Source: Candidatus Moraniibacteriota bacterium (lineage in GTDB: Bacteria > Patescibacteriota > Minisyncoccia > Moranbacterales > UBA1568). From it: DNA of 64,000 nt. Position 1 is the stretch's first letter, and each line of letters starts with the position of its first letter. Positions 17,565 through 28,758 of the stretch are shown here, in pieces. The stretch covers positions 373,458-437,457 of the forward strand of contig JAUSGT010000002.1 in NCBI GenBank assembly GCA_030648835.1. Direction: 5' to 3'. The position numbers and the translations under genes are program-made. A model generated the notes under the pieces. It made no database searches. It was not told where the DNA came from and saw only the letters and a list, made by a program, of their open reading frames with translations.

Positions 17565-20062
17565 ACAACCATGTCATTTTTTAGCGAGAGACGAAGGGAC
17601 TTTTTTTCCGGAGCATCGATGAGTTCTTCTGCGATGCTTTTTTCGACGAAGTCTTGGATATTTTTTCTGACCAACCGAGCGCCTTGTTCGGGGGCAAAGC
17701 TTTTTTTCGCGATAAAGCGTACCAAGGCGTCAGGATATTTCAGAATTATATTTTGTGGCTTCAAGCGTTTGGCAAGGACCCCCAGTTCCAAACGAGTGAT
17801 AGCGTGAATGGCTTCTTCAGAGAGGGCGTTGAAGACGATGGTATGATCGAGACGCGCCAGAAGTTCCGGACGCATTTCTTTTTTGAGTTCATCGAGGACT
17901 TCACGTTTGATTATCTCAAATCGTTCTTTTATCCAAGAGTTTTTTGCCGCTGTCTTGGCCGTTCCGCCAGAGACGGTGGTTGCGAAACCGATGCGGGCGG
18001 TTTTGGTGAAAGAAGCGGTACCGATATTGGAAGTGAGAATAATGAGCGCGTTTTTGAAACTGACCCGCCGCCCCTCGGCGTCAGTGAGGATCCCTTCATC
18101 GAGAATTTGGAGAAGAATACTCCAAACATCCGGATGCGCTTTTTCAATCTCATCAAACAGGATGACAGAATAGGGTTTGCGGCGCACGGCTTCGGTCAAT
18201 TTTCCACCTTCACCGTAGCCGACGTAGCCGGCGGGAGCACCGAGAATCTGAGCTACGCTGTGGCGTTCCATAAATTCACTCATATCGAGGCGAATCAGCG
18301 CGTTTTGATCACCAAAAAATTCTTCGGCCAAAATCTTGGCGGCCAGGGTTTTGCCCACGCCAGTCGGACCGAGAAAAAGGAACGATCCCAAGGGACGATT
18401 CGGATCGCCGATACTTGAGAGCGAACGGGTCAGCGTTTTTTCGAGAGCCAGAGCCGCTTCTTTCTGCCCGATGAGTTGGGTATCGAGGGCTTTATGGAGA
18501 CGAGTGAGTCTCTGCCGCGGATTTTCTTTAGAAAGCTTGGCAAAAGGAATGCGCGCCATTTGGGAAACAGTTTTCAATATATGCTCTCCGGAAACCGTGA
18601 TTCGTTCATTTTCCGAATTTTCTTTCAGTCCTTCTTTGAGGGTGGTGATTTTTTGGGAAAGGGCTTTTTCTCGCGCGTGCCATTTGGCGGCGTCATCATA
18701 ATTTTCGTCTTTGATGAGGGATTCTTTGAGGTCACGCACGGTCCGCCGTTCTTCTCCCAGCTCAATCAAAATCTTGGTTGTTTCCGGTATCTCCCGTTTT
18801 TGTTTTGCCAAGGTAGAGGCCTCATCGATGATATCGAGCGCTTTGTCCGGCAGAAAACGCTCAGGGAGGTAGCGGACGCTGAGCTCCACGGCCATATCAC
18901 TGACTTCTTTGGAGAGGGCGATATGGTGGAAATCCTCGTAGCTTTTTTTGATGTGCCAAAGGATTTCTTTTGTCTCATCAATGGTCGGTTCCACGATAAG
19001 GACAGACTGGAAGCGTCGATCCAGCGCCGGATCTTTTTCGAGGTGGCGTTTGTATTCGGTGAATGTCGTCGCGCCGATGCATTGGATCTCACCGCGCGAA
19101 AGAGCGGGTTTGAGAATATTGGCCGCGTCGAGACCGCCACTGGTGTTACCGGCGCCAACGACGGTATGAATTTCGTCAATGAAAAGAATTGTGTCGTGAT
19201 TCTGTGTGGCTTCACGGATAATTTCTTTGAGACGGGATTCAAATTCTCCCCGGAAATTGGTACCGGCAACGACGAGTGTCAGATCGAGTGAAAGTATGCG
19301 TTTGCCGAGAAGCGTATGCGGAACGGCCCCGCGTTGAATCATCTTGGCCAGCGCCACGATGAGAGCGGTCTTGCCGACACCGGGATCGCCCAAGAGGAGC
19401 GGATTATTTTTTCGTTTGCGGGTAAGGATCTGAATGATTCGGTCAAGTTCTTTTTCTCTCCCCACGAGTGTTTCTTCGGCATAGCTTGGCGACCTTGCCA
19501 TATCGACGGCGTATTGGTCGAGAAAAGGAGTGGCATTGCTTTTTGTTGTTCTGTTTTTTGTGAGGAGATTTTCCGGGAGATCGAGCATTTTGGAAAGTTG
19601 GGGGAAGTGGTCGAAGTTCAGATGCGATTCGAGGGTGGCACGCACTTTGGTATCGTTGATTTTGAGCGCGCTCAAGATACGCTCGAGGGTTTCGTTTTCC
19701 GATTCAAAGAGGGCGTAGAGGATATGTTCCGTGCCGACGTAAGGATAATGGAACTGATTGGCGAGAAAATAGGCGCGACGCAAGATGTCCTTGAGTGCAG
19801 AAGAGAGCGGGAGCGGATGGTTGACCGGGAGTGATTTGCCCTTTGTTTTTTTCTTGAGACACAGCTTGACCAAAATTTCTCTTTCGAATCCTATGTTTTG
19901 GAGAAGGATACCCCCGAGGCTAGTGCTTTCGAAAAAGATAGCTATGAGCACATGTTCCGGTTCTATGGATGTATGGCAGGCAGCGCGCGCGATGTCTCGG
20001 GCTTCTTTGAGACTGTGTCTGGCGTGCAGAGTCAGTTTTTGACTGAAATTTGTTTCAAGCAT
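17543..20062 (-). CDS. clpC: ATP-dependent Clp protease ATP-binding subunit
   Basis: Clp N domains and two AAA modules (GDPGVGKT, GPTGVGKT); GYVGYGEGG. Confidence 0.93.
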   Translation of the reverse strand: MLETNFSQKLTLHARHSLKEARDIARAACHTSIEPEHVLIAIFFESTSLGGILLQNIGFEREILVKLCLKKKTKGKSLPVNHPLPLSSALKDILRRAYFLANQFHYPYVGTEHILYALFESENETLERILSALKINDTKVRATLESHLNFDHFPQLSKMLDLPENLLTKNRTTKSNATPFLDQYAVDMARSPSYAEETLVGREKELDRIIQILTRKRKNNPLLLGDPGVGKTALIVALAKMIQRGAVPHTLLGKRILSLDLTLVVAGTNFRGEFESRLKEIIREATQNHDTILFIDEIHTVVGAGNTSGGLDAANILKPALSRGEIQCIGATTFTEYKRHLEKDPALDRRFQSVLIVEPTIDETKEILWHIKKSYEDFHHIALSKEVSDMAVELSVRYLPERFLPDKALDIIDEASTLAKQKREIPETTKILIELGEERRTVRDLKESLIKDENYDDAAKWHAREKALSQKITTLKEGLKENSENERITVSGEHILKTVSQMARIPFAKLSKENPRQRLTRLHKALDTQLIGQKEAALALEKTLTRSLSSIGDPNRPLGSFLFLGPTGVGKTLAAKILAEEFFGDQNALIRLDMSEFMERHSVAQILGAPAGYVGYGEGGKLTEAVRRKPYSVILFDEIEKAHPDVWSILLQILDEGILTDAEGRRVSFKNALIILTSNIGTASFTKTARIGFATTVSGGTAKTAAKNSWIKERFEIIKREVLDELKKEMRPELLARLDHTIVFNALSEEAIHAITRLELGVLAKRLKPQNIILKYPDALVRFIAKKSFAPEQGARLVRKNIQDFVEKSIAEELIDAPEKKSLRLSLKNDMVVCHPMSS

Positions 20063-20234
20063 AGGTAAAGATGAGTATAACCATTCTATTTTCTATTGTC
20101 GCTCATGTCAACCATGTTGTTCACAAACGATGGAGTTGACACTCTTGCTAAAGACTTTTGGCGCCTACGAAAATGTGTTATACTAGATACATACTTGAAC
20201 AAATATAAACAAGTTTTCGTTTGATAATAGACAT

Positions 20235-21359
20235 ATGGTCTTCGGTTTTGGAAAACCACATTTTCTTGGTATTGATTTTGGTACAGCTTCTATCAAGGCG
20301 GTGGAGCTTTCTGTTGAAGATGGTCATCCGGTGCTTACGAACTATGGGCAAATAAGTTTGTCGGATCTGGAGAAAGGTACACCAGCTCAGGGACGTTCGT
20401 ATGATGAAGAGATCGTGCTCCACCTCCAGGCACTTATAGAGCGTATGAAACCCAAGAGTCGCGCGGCTTACGTGGCAATGCCGGCTTTTATCGGGCTCAT
20501 ATCGTTGGTGGAGTTTCCCGTGATGGAAGAATCAGAACTGGAGGAAGCAGTGCGTTTTGAGGCGCATAAGTATATTCCTTCGTCGCTTGATGATGTGGCG
20601 CTCAGTTGGGAGGTTATCGAGAGACGAGGCGCCCCGGGTGGAGAGGAAAAAATGGAAGTACTCCTGGTGGCGGCGCTCAATAAGGAAGTGGCGCGCTATG
20701 AGCGCTATATCAACAAAGCGGGGCTAACAGTCGATTTTTTGGAATTGGAAACGTTTTCTTTGGCGCGTTCGATTGTCGGAGAAGAGCCGGGGCTTTCGCT
20801 TATGATCGATATCGGTTCGCGAGCGACCAACCTTGTGTTGATCGAAAACGGATTGGTGAGAGTGAGCCGCAATCTCGATATCGGTGGAAGAGATATTACC
20901 CGGACTCTGGCGGAGAGTCTCAGTATCACGCAGGAGCGTTCGAAAGTATTGAAAAAAAGCGGTAAGGATTTTCTTACCAATCCACAGTCGGCTCTGGTCT
21001 TCCCTGTTCTGCAAATGATTGCCGGTGAGGCTACGAGAATTCTGGCTTCTTATCAGGCAAAGCATTCTGGTGTACAATGTAAGAACATAATACTCTCGGG
21101 TGGCACGGCCCAATTTACCGGGTTGGTGAAATACTATACGGACATATTCAAATTGCCGGTGGTTCTCGGCAACTCATGGAGGAATATAAAGTACGATCCA
21201 AGACTTGCCAAAAAAATCCAGGAATCGGGCACGTCGTTTTCCATAGCAGCCGGACTGGCGTTGCGTGGTACGGAAACGGTTTTGAAGAAGAAAGAAAATC
21301 TGTTTCCTGTTTCGAAAAAGAAATTTTCTTTGAAAGAGCTTTTCACAAGAAAAATATAA
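20235..21359 (+). CDS. pilM: type IV pilus assembly protein PilM
   Basis: GIDFGTASIKAVE, IDIGSRAT, ILSGG actin-like motifs. Confidence 0.9.
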   Translation: MVFGFGKPHFLGIDFGTASIKAVELSVEDGHPVLTNYGQISLSDLEKGTPAQGRSYDEEIVLHLQALIERMKPKSRAAYVAMPAFIGLISLVEFPVMEESELEEAVRFEAHKYIPSSLDDVALSWEVIERRGAPGGEEKMEVLLVAALNKEVARYERYINKAGLTVDFLELETFSLARSIVGEEPGLSLMIDIGSRATNLVLIENGLVRVSRNLDIGGRDITRTLAESLSITQERSKVLKKSGKDFLTNPQSALVFPVLQMIAGEATRILASYQAKHSGVQCKNIILSGGTAQFTGLVKYYTDIFKLPVVLGNSWRNIKYDPRLAKKIQESGTSFSIAAGLALRGTETVLKKKENLFPVSKKKFSLKELFTRKI

Positions 21360-21411
21360 GAGCCAAAACAAGCGTGAGAATACGCTCGAATAAACATTAA
21401 AACACAAAGCG

Positions 21412-21936
21412 ATGGCCGGATTGAATCTTTCCTCGTCAGGAGGAGAAAAAAAAGAGGGTGGCGGGGGAATTTCTGACAGTTCTCTCATAGTCATTTCGTC
21501 TATTTTTTTTCTTGTGATTGCCGGTTGGGGCGGTATGCGTTGGTATATCAAAACGCAGAATGATACGTTGGCGAAGCTCGATGCCTCGCTTGAAGAAAGT
21601 TCCTCACAGTTGCGGGGGAACAAGGTAAACCGCGTGGCATATTTTGATGCTCGTTCGGGGCTTATCGGAGAGCAGTTGAAAGGTGAATCTGTTGATGCCA
21701 AGAAACTTCTCAGTCAGATAGAGGGGCTTACCGTGCCTCAGGTCCGGTTGACAAAATATGAATATAACGCGACGGAAAGGTTTGTGGAAGTGGTAGGAGA
21801 GACGGATAACTTCAGATATATCGCAGAACAGATTATCAGTCTCAAATCGGAGAATCTGTTTGCGGGAATAAAAGTGAATTCGTTGAAGCGGACCGAAACG
21901 GGGCGTATAGAGTTTTCCCTCAAGGCCCAATTCTAA
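21412..21936 (+). CDS. PilN-like protein
   Basis: Single TM plus coil; position after pilM. Confidence 0.6.
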   Translation: MAGLNLSSSGGEKKEGGGGISDSSLIVISSIFFLVIAGWGGMRWYIKTQNDTLAKLDASLEESSSQLRGNKVNRVAYFDARSGLIGEQLKGESVDAKKLLSQIEGLTVPQVRLTKYEYNATERFVEVVGETDNFRYIAEQIISLKSENLFAGIKVNSLKRTETGRIEFSLKAQF

Positions 21937-21955
21937 TAAACTATTTATAATTATT

Positions 21956-22693
21956 ATGCGGCTCAAAGTACTCATCCCGCCTTTCCTTATTGTCATGATA
22001 CTCATTTTGTCTATCGGATTTATCAAACCCGACATTGAAGTCTTGCAGGCGAAGAAGACGGATATTCTTGTTAAAAAAACCATGGTGGCAAATGTGGATG
22101 CGGTCATTGCCGATATCGGCACTCTGAACAGCTCTCTGGATGCCAAGCAGGATTTTGAGAAATTCGTGTATCGCTACTTGCCGAGCACGCAGAATCAAGA
22201 GCAGGCGATAGATGCTTTTAACTTTTTTGCTATGCAGTCCGGAGTGGTTATCACCAAAATGGATTTGAAGCAACCGTTAGTTCAGAATATGCTGTCGGAA
22301 GAGGGGAATGGAGAAACCTCCGATTTGTCTCAAAAACCCGCTCTTTCGGTGGCCAAGACATTTACTTTTTCAGGCAGTGTTATTGGGTCGTACGAAAACA
22401 TCAAGGCATTTTTCAATCGTCTGGTTCATATGGAACGGTTTCAAAAAATAAGTTTTTTTTCCATAGCTACCGATACCAATACGGAGTCCCTTGATACGAG
22501 TCACCTAGTGGGCGAATTTGAAACGGAGCTTGGGTATTTGCCGCCGGAACCGTTGGCAACGGCAATCAATACGCCGATTTTTCTGAATTCTCAATTTGAT
22601 TTTTCGAACGTGAGTAAATCATTGGAGCGGGTGACGGGTGCCATGCCGGTTCTTGAGAAAGGCCCAACCGGTAGGCCAAATCCGTTTCAGTAG
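21956..22693 (+). CDS. PilO-like protein
   Basis: N-terminal TM, GSYENIKAFFNRL, C-terminal GRPNPF. Confidence 0.65.
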   Translation: MRLKVLIPPFLIVMILILSIGFIKPDIEVLQAKKTDILVKKTMVANVDAVIADIGTLNSSLDAKQDFEKFVYRYLPSTQNQEQAIDAFNFFAMQSGVVITKMDLKQPLVQNMLSEEGNGETSDLSQKPALSVAKTFTFSGSVIGSYENIKAFFNRLVHMERFQKISFFSIATDTNTESLDTSHLVGEFETELGYLPPEPLATAINTPIFLNSQFDFSNVSKSLERVTGAMPVLEKGPTGRPNPFQ

Positions 22694-22802
22694 TAGAAAT
22701 TTGTTATACTATCTCACATTCTTTTATCTTTGCCGTCGAACGAAACAGTTGTCTTCAGCGTTGAGGCAAGCTCTCGAGTGAAAACTTTTATGTTCATAAG
22801 GT

Positions 22803-24482
22803 ATGTCGGAAGCATCATCAAAAGAGACAGACAATGCCCACAGTGAGGCTCTTGACGCGACCACTCTTGCGGCGAAAGCAGAAACACTCGGAATGCCGTT
22901 TCTCGCGGAGGCGCCCAAAGGGATAGACAAAAATCTGCTTTCGGTCATCCCCGAAGATACCGCAAAGCGATATGGTACGATACCGTTTCGCAAGGAAAAG
23001 GGTGTTCTTTCCGTGGCAATGACAAATCCGCAGGATTTTGAGGCGCTCAATGTCCTTCGCTTTATTGCCGAAAAAGAGCAGGTCAGCATCGAGGTATATC
23101 TTGTATCGGAGAAGGTTTTTTCCAATATCGCCAAATACTATACCGGGACGGATATGGCTTTGAAGGAGGCCATCTTTTCGTTGAAAAAGGAGTCTGAGGA
23201 AATCACGGATCCCTCAGAAGAGAAAAAGAAAAACAAGGACGCGGAAATTTTTCAAGACGCGCCGATAGCCAAGTTGGTGGAAGTCATTGTCAAACATGCT
23301 CTTGATGGACGGGCGAGTGATATTCATATCGAACCCATCGAGGGGAGTTTCCGGGTGCGTTTTCGTGTGGACGGGATTCTCCGTTCTCAGCTCGTTTTTC
23401 CGCTCGAGATAGGCCGAGCGGTTATTTCGCGTATCAAAATTTTGGCTAATCTCAAAATCGACGAGAAACGCAAACCGCAGGATGGGCGTTTTCGCTTCGA
23501 AGGCGAGGCTGGGCATGCCGTTGACTTGCGTGTTTCCAGTTTGCCGGTCATTGATGGAGAGAAAATCGTCATGCGCGTGCTCGACAAAACTTCCAATTCG
23601 ACGGATATTGAGAAACTTGGATTGTGGGGGAGGAACCGTGTCGTCTTGGAAAAGCGTATTCGTGAACCGTTCGGCATTATACTCATGACCGGGCCTACGG
23701 GATCGGGGAAAACGACGACCCTCTACGCCTTTCTTGAAATCTTGAATAAAGAAGAGCGGAATATCGTGACGCTGGAAGATCCGGTGGAATATTATGTCGA
23801 GGGTATCAATCAGAGCCAGATCAAACCGGAAATCGGGTACACGTTTGCGAGCGGGCTCAGGTCTATTTTGCGTCAGGATCCAAACGTCATTATGGTGGGT
23901 GAAATTCGCGATGCCGAGACGGCGGAATTGGCTATTCACGCGGCGTTGACCGGGCATCTCGTCTTTTCGACACTGCACACCAATGATGCTGTCGGCACCA
24001 TTCCGCGTCTCGTGGATATGGGGGTGGAATCCTTTTTATTGGCTTCGTCACTCCAGGTGGTGGCGGCGCAGCGTCTGGTGAGACGCATCTGCGAGAAATG
24101 TCGGGAAGAGGCTTCTCTCACGGAACTGCAAAAGAAGCGCATCCAAGGATTGTTTGATTCGATCGCTCCCAAGGAAGTGGAAGCGTACGGGCTTGACCCG
24201 AAACAAAAAATCATATTTTATCAGGGGAAAGGTTGCAACCAATGTAATGAATCCGGTTATCGAGGACGCGTGGCTATTTACGAAGTGATAGAAGTGGATG
24301 AAGAAATGCGGGCTATTATCACCGATCAGAAAGGCAATGAAGGAGAAGTACAGAAAGCCGCCATTCGGCAAGGTATGTCCAGCATGAAGCAGGATGGTAT
24401 TCTGAAAGCGCTCAAAGGACTGACGACGCTTTCGGAAGTGGAGCGTGTTACGGAGGGAAAAATTTTGGTTGATGAGGCATAA
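22803..24482 (+). CDS. pilB: type IV pilus extension ATPase PilB/GspE
   Basis: ASDIHIEP, GPTGSGKTT, LRQDPNVIMVGEIRD, Zn Cys pairs. Confidence 0.93.
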   Translation: MSEASSKETDNAHSEALDATTLAAKAETLGMPFLAEAPKGIDKNLLSVIPEDTAKRYGTIPFRKEKGVLSVAMTNPQDFEALNVLRFIAEKEQVSIEVYLVSEKVFSNIAKYYTGTDMALKEAIFSLKKESEEITDPSEEKKKNKDAEIFQDAPIAKLVEVIVKHALDGRASDIHIEPIEGSFRVRFRVDGILRSQLVFPLEIGRAVISRIKILANLKIDEKRKPQDGRFRFEGEAGHAVDLRVSSLPVIDGEKIVMRVLDKTSNSTDIEKLGLWGRNRVVLEKRIREPFGIILMTGPTGSGKTTTLYAFLEILNKEERNIVTLEDPVEYYVEGINQSQIKPEIGYTFASGLRSILRQDPNVIMVGEIRDAETAELAIHAALTGHLVFSTLHTNDAVGTIPRLVDMGVESFLLASSLQVVAAQRLVRRICEKCREEASLTELQKKRIQGLFDSIAPKEVEAYGLDPKQKIIFYQGKGCNQCNESGYRGRVAIYEVIEVDEEMRAIITDQKGNEGEVQKAAIRQGMSSMKQDGILKALKGLTTLSEVERVTEGKILVDEA

Positions 24483-24537
24483 TGCCGATTACTTTGTGGT
24501 ATACTGGAGGTAAAGATGTTTCAAAACAAAAAGAAAA

Positions 24538-25617
24538 ATGGAAACACTACATACAGAACAGCGGTTGAAAAATCTTTTGTTGCTTGTTGGGCAACAGGGA
24601 GCTTCCGATTTGCATTTGGTGGTTGGACGTTATCCGACGCTCCGCGTCGATGGCAAGCTCCAGCCGATTACCGGGGAAAAAGTCCTGACTCCGGCCGATA
24701 CAAAGGCTTTGAGTGATGTATTGTTGACAGAAGACAAAAAACAGGAGCTGACCGGGATGGGGCAGACGGATTTTTCCTATAATTTTGAGGATCGGGTGCG
24801 TTTTCGCACCAACGTTTTTTTTCAAAAGGGCTACGTCAGCGTCACCATGCGCTTCATCATGGATCGTTTGCGCAACTTAGAGGAGTTGAGCATGCCAAGT
24901 TCGTTGTATGGTTTCGCGAACTATTCTCAGGGGCTGGTACTGATTACCGGTCCGGTGGGACACGGCAAGTCGACGACTCTGGCTGCCATCATCGATTATA
25001 TCAATCACAATCAGGAAAAACACATTATCACCATTGAAGATCCGATTGAGTTTGTTTACAATCAGGATCGTTCCATCATCAATCAGCGTGAAATCGGTCG
25101 GGATGCCAAAAATTTCCCGGATGCTTTGCGCGCCGTCTTTCGTGAGGATGCCAATGTGGTGCTTTTGGGAGAACTGCGTGATTTGGAAACTATTAGTACG
25201 GCGATGACGGCGGCTGAAACCGGGCATCTTATCTTCGCGACACTGCATACCAACGACAGCGCGCAGACGATCGATCGTATCATCGATGTCTTCCCGTCTC
25301 ATCAACAAAATCAGATTCGTTCGCAGTTGGCAAATGTGCTTCTCGGTGTCATTTCACAGCGTCTCATCCCGCGTGTCGGCGGCGGCCGTATTCCGGCGAC
25401 GGAAATTATGTTCAAGAATCACGCCGTAGAAAACCTCATTCGGGAAAACAAGGTGCACCAGCTGGATTCAGTCATTGAAACAGGATTGAAAGAAGGGATG
25501 ATGTCTTTGGACCGGGTTTTGGCGGATTTGGTGCGCAGGGGGCTTATCGCTGTCAACGATGCTTTTATTTATGCCAAAAACCGTGAGTATCTTCAGATGT
25601 TGATGAGCAAAGAGTAG
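24538..25617 (+). CDS. pilT: type IV pilus retraction ATPase PilT
   Basis: ASDLHL, GPVGHGKST, TIEDPIE, AAETGHL, ENLIRE. Confidence 0.92.
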   Translation: METLHTEQRLKNLLLLVGQQGASDLHLVVGRYPTLRVDGKLQPITGEKVLTPADTKALSDVLLTEDKKQELTGMGQTDFSYNFEDRVRFRTNVFFQKGYVSVTMRFIMDRLRNLEELSMPSSLYGFANYSQGLVLITGPVGHGKSTTLAAIIDYINHNQEKHIITIEDPIEFVYNQDRSIINQREIGRDAKNFPDALRAVFREDANVVLLGELRDLETISTAMTAAETGHLIFATLHTNDSAQTIDRIIDVFPSHQQNQIRSQLANVLLGVISQRLIPRVGGGRIPATEIMFKNHAVENLIRENKVHQLDSVIETGLKEGMMSLDRVLADLVRRGLIAVNDAFIYAKNREYLQMLMSKE

Positions 25618-25648
25618 CGTTTTGTACTCTAATCGGTATAATAAATAT

Positions 25649-26857
25649 ATGAAATTTCTTTTTAAAGCAAAAAATGATGCTGGCCAGATCCGGGAAGGAT
25701 TGGTGGAAGCCATAAATTGGGAAACGGCCGCGCAGATCCTCGAGAAGAATGGTCTGATACCGATTACCGTCCAGGAACAAAAATCATCCATGCTTTTTAT
25801 GAAAAGCTTCCAGAAGCTTTTGGAGGGCGTGAGTCAAAAAGAGCTGATGACATTTTTCCGTCAGCTGGCGACTCTCATCGAAGCGCGCGTGCCTATCACT
25901 TCCGCACTGCATACTATCGGGGAGCAGATGGAGAACAAATATTTGCGCATCATCGTCAAAGAGGTAGAAGATACCATCGGGGACGGTATGCCATTTTCCG
26001 AGGCGTTGGCGAAACATCCGGACGTCTTTTCCCCTCTTACCGTCAATATGATTCGTTCCGGTGAAGCTTCCGGCAGTTTGCAGAAAGCCATTGTTTTCGT
26101 AGCCGAAAATATAGAAAAGAGCTACCAGTTGACATCCAAAATCAAGAGCGCGTTTTATTATCCGATTTTCGTTTTCTCTGTCGCTTTTATCGTTGGGTTT
26201 TTGGTGGTGACATTCATTTTGCCCAAGATTACGGCGCTTATCAAGGATATGAATATACCTATTCCCTGGTACACGGCATTTCTTGTCTGGCTCGGAGACT
26301 TTATGAATCAGTATTGGTGGGCGGTGCTTCTTGTTATTGTGGCCGGTGTAGGTACTTTTGTCTATTACATCCGAACGGAAGCCGGCCGCTATGAGTGGCA
26401 AGTCATTCTTCTCAAGATCCCTGTTATTGGCACTTTGGCACGCAATATCTATATCACGCGTTTTGCCGACAATCTGAGCGCTCTTCTCGGTGGCGGTATC
26501 CCGGTCGTGCGGGCGCTTTCAATTGTGAGCGAGGTTATCGGAAATCATGTTTTTCGAAAGATTATCCTCCGGGCCGCGGAAGAAGTACGGGCCGGTGGCA
26601 CTATGAGTACCGTATTTTTGCAAACGAAAGAGATACCACCGATTGTTTCGCAGATGGTGCGCATCGGGGAAGAGACGGGGTTGTTGTCCCAGGTTCTGAA
26701 GAAGACCGGAGATTTCTACAGCCAGGAGGTGGAACTTACGACGAAAAATTTGACCACACTTATCGAACCAATATTGATTGTACTTCTCGGTATCGGTGTG
26801 GCTATCTTGGTGGTGGGAGTTCTCTTACCTATTTATAATATCGCGGGGCAGTTATAA
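25649..26857 (+). CDS. pilC: type IV pilus platform protein PilC/GspF
   Basis: Two T2SSF repeats (GEASGSL, GEETG) and IEPILIV. ATG at 25649. Confidence 0.92.
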   Translation: MKFLFKAKNDAGQIREGLVEAINWETAAQILEKNGLIPITVQEQKSSMLFMKSFQKLLEGVSQKELMTFFRQLATLIEARVPITSALHTIGEQMENKYLRIIVKEVEDTIGDGMPFSEALAKHPDVFSPLTVNMIRSGEASGSLQKAIVFVAENIEKSYQLTSKIKSAFYYPIFVFSVAFIVGFLVVTFILPKITALIKDMNIPIPWYTAFLVWLGDFMNQYWWAVLLVIVAGVGTFVYYIRTEAGRYEWQVILLKIPVIGTLARNIYITRFADNLSALLGGGIPVVRALSIVSEVIGNHVFRKIILRAAEEVRAGGTMSTVFLQTKEIPPIVSQMVRIGEETGLLSQVLKKTGDFYSQEVELTTKNLTTLIEPILIVLLGIGVAILVVGVLLPIYNIAGQL

Positions 26858-26981
26858 GAGGGGTTGACAGAACTATCCACAAATGTGTCAAAAAGAGGTA
26901 CAATAAGAGTAGGCTTGGGAGGCTTTTCGAAGACTTTCAAACAGCTAAAAAATAAAAACAAAAATAGAAGGAGGTGAGCAT

Positions 26982-27347
26982 ATGAAAAAAATATTCAAGG
27001 GATTTACCCTCATTGAACTCCTCATCGTTATCGCCATTATTGGCATTCTCGCCTCTATCGTATTGGTAAGTCTTTCGGGTGCTCGGACAAAAGCTCAAAA
27101 GGCCGCGTTCAAGGCAGAGGTATCGAGCGCTGTTTCGGGATTTACTCTCCAGTGTGATACAGATGATCCGACAGCTCAACCAGATACTACCGTGACTAAT
27201 TGGGATGATGCTTTTGCTGCTACCCCGGATTGCGGGTCGACAGGGGCTGGAACATTCTCAATTGGTGCGGCTCCGGTAGCCACTATCGCTGGCTGTACTG
27301 CCGCGACCGTGACTGAAACAGGTGCTGATTTTACGAGTTGTCCATAA
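26982..27347 (+). CDS. type IV pilin
   Basis: [20 protein letters not shown]; strong GAAGGAGGTGA RBS. Confidence 0.92.
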   Translation: MKKIFKGFTLIELLIVIAIIGILASIVLVSLSGARTKAQKAAFKAEVSSAVSGFTLQCDTDDPTAQPDTTVTNWDDAFAATPDCGSTGAGTFSIGAAPVATIAGCTAATVTETGADFTSCP

Positions 27348-27411
27348 GATATTCGTAAGGTAGAATAAAAAATAAATCATTATAAAGTTGAAAGGGGAGG
27401 TGAAAAATATT

Positions 27412-27795
27412 ATGAAAAAAACACTTAAGGGCTTTACCCTTATAGAACTTCTCATCGTTATTGCCATCATCGGTATTTTGGCATCCATCGTATTAGTGAG
27501 TTTGAGCAGCGCGCGTAGTAAAGCAAATGTCGCTGCGTTTAAGGCAGAAGCTGCCGGTTCGGTAGCTGGATTTATTATTGCGTGTGATACAGATGCGGCA
27601 ACATTAACAGCTTCAGCGGCATCTGCAACCTCGGCGAGTTCAAATGTTACGTTTGCTATAACTGCCTCGCCATGTGGTCCTACCGGAACTGGATTATTCA
27701 CGGGGACGGCAGCTCCGAAAAAAACTCTTTCGGTAACGTGTACTCCGACAGCTATTTCGTCAACCGGAGTCACATTCCCCAGTACCTGTATCTAG
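27412..27795 (+). CDS. type IV pilin (tandem paralogue)
   Basis: [20 protein letters not shown]; GGGGAGGTGA RBS, ATG at 27412. Confidence 0.92.
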   Translation: MKKTLKGFTLIELLIVIAIIGILASIVLVSLSSARSKANVAAFKAEAAGSVAGFIIACDTDAATLTASAASATSASSNVTFAITASPCGPTGTGLFTGTAAPKKTLSVTCTPTAISSTGVTFPSTCI

Positions 27796-27816
27796 TCGGA
27801 TTTTCCAAATTTGGAA

Positions 27817-27847
27817 CAAAAAACGCGGTAATTCCGCGTTTTTTTGT
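27817..27847. terminator. intrinsic terminator after the pilins
   Basis: aaaaaacgcgg-taatt-ccgcgttttttt hairpin with T tract. Confidence 0.75.
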
Positions 27848-27928
27848 TATATATGGATACACAAATTTTCTCCCCATTTCTTTTTTGGCTCTCTTTGTTT
27901 TTTTCCCATTCAGACGTATACTATAAAC

Positions 27929-28720
27929 ATGTTCTCTCTCACATTTTCATTTTTTATTCTTGGCCTGATCATCGGGAGTTTTCTCAATGTTTTGGTGTAT
28001 CGCCTGAAAGATGTCGAGACTCTTTTGGGGCGCTCGTTTTGCCGTAGTTGCAGACATCAGATTCGCTGGTATGACAATATCCCGCTTCTCAGTTTCGTAC
28101 TGCTCAAAGGAGAATGTCGCGACTGCAAATCGGGCATTTCTTGGCAATATCCGTTTCTGGAAATCTTGACAGCTGGGTTGTTCGCTTTCGCGGGGGCTTA
28201 TTTTTTCTCTCCGAGAGACGTCTCTTCTTGGTTGGAGACAGCGTGGCTGCTCGGTATCATAGCCTGTTTTGTCGTTATTGCGGCGTATGATCTGCGCTAT
28301 ATGGAAATTCCCATCATTCTGCTTTTTGTCAGTCTTGGTTTGACGCTTTTATTTTTTACTCTGCAATTTCATAGCGGACAAGCCCTCTGGTCAAGCCGCA
28401 TCGGGCTGGGTCTGTTTGGCGGAGCCGCGGTCTCGCTTTTCTTTTTCGCGCTTGTTTTTATGTCGAAAGAGACATGGATGGGCTGGGGCGATGTCTGGCT
28501 TGGTTTCGTCTGCGGAATGATTGTCGGCCTGCCTTTGGCGTTGTTTATGCTGACGCTTTCTTTCACCCTCGGGGCTTTTGTCGGTGTGGCGGGCATTTTT
28601 CTCAAAGGCAAGAGTTTGAAAAGTCAGGTGCCGTTTGCGCCTTTTCTCGTAGTGGGGACACTCTCTACTGTTTTTCTTCAGCATATTTTTCCGGAATTTA
28701 TCCGCTTCTTTTTACTCTAG
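27929..28720 (+). CDS. pilD: prepilin peptidase
   Basis: GSFLNVLVYR, RSFCRSC, YDNIPLLS, MGWGD, VPFAPFL. Confidence 0.93.
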   Translation: MFSLTFSFFILGLIIGSFLNVLVYRLKDVETLLGRSFCRSCRHQIRWYDNIPLLSFVLLKGECRDCKSGISWQYPFLEILTAGLFAFAGAYFFSPRDVSSWLETAWLLGIIACFVVIAAYDLRYMEIPIILLFVSLGLTLLFFTLQFHSGQALWSSRIGLGLFGGAAVSLFFFALVFMSKETWMGWGDVWLGFVCGMIVGLPLALFMLTLSFTLGAFVGVAGIFLKGKSLKSQVPFAPFLVVGTLSTVFLQHIFPEFIRFFLL

Positions 28721-28758
28721 TTTTCTGATACAATAAAATATGCAACGTACATAAAAAA

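Noticed and set aside
17571-20042. Multiple plus-strand ORFs (up to 271 aa)
   Set aside because: Antisense shadows of clpC.
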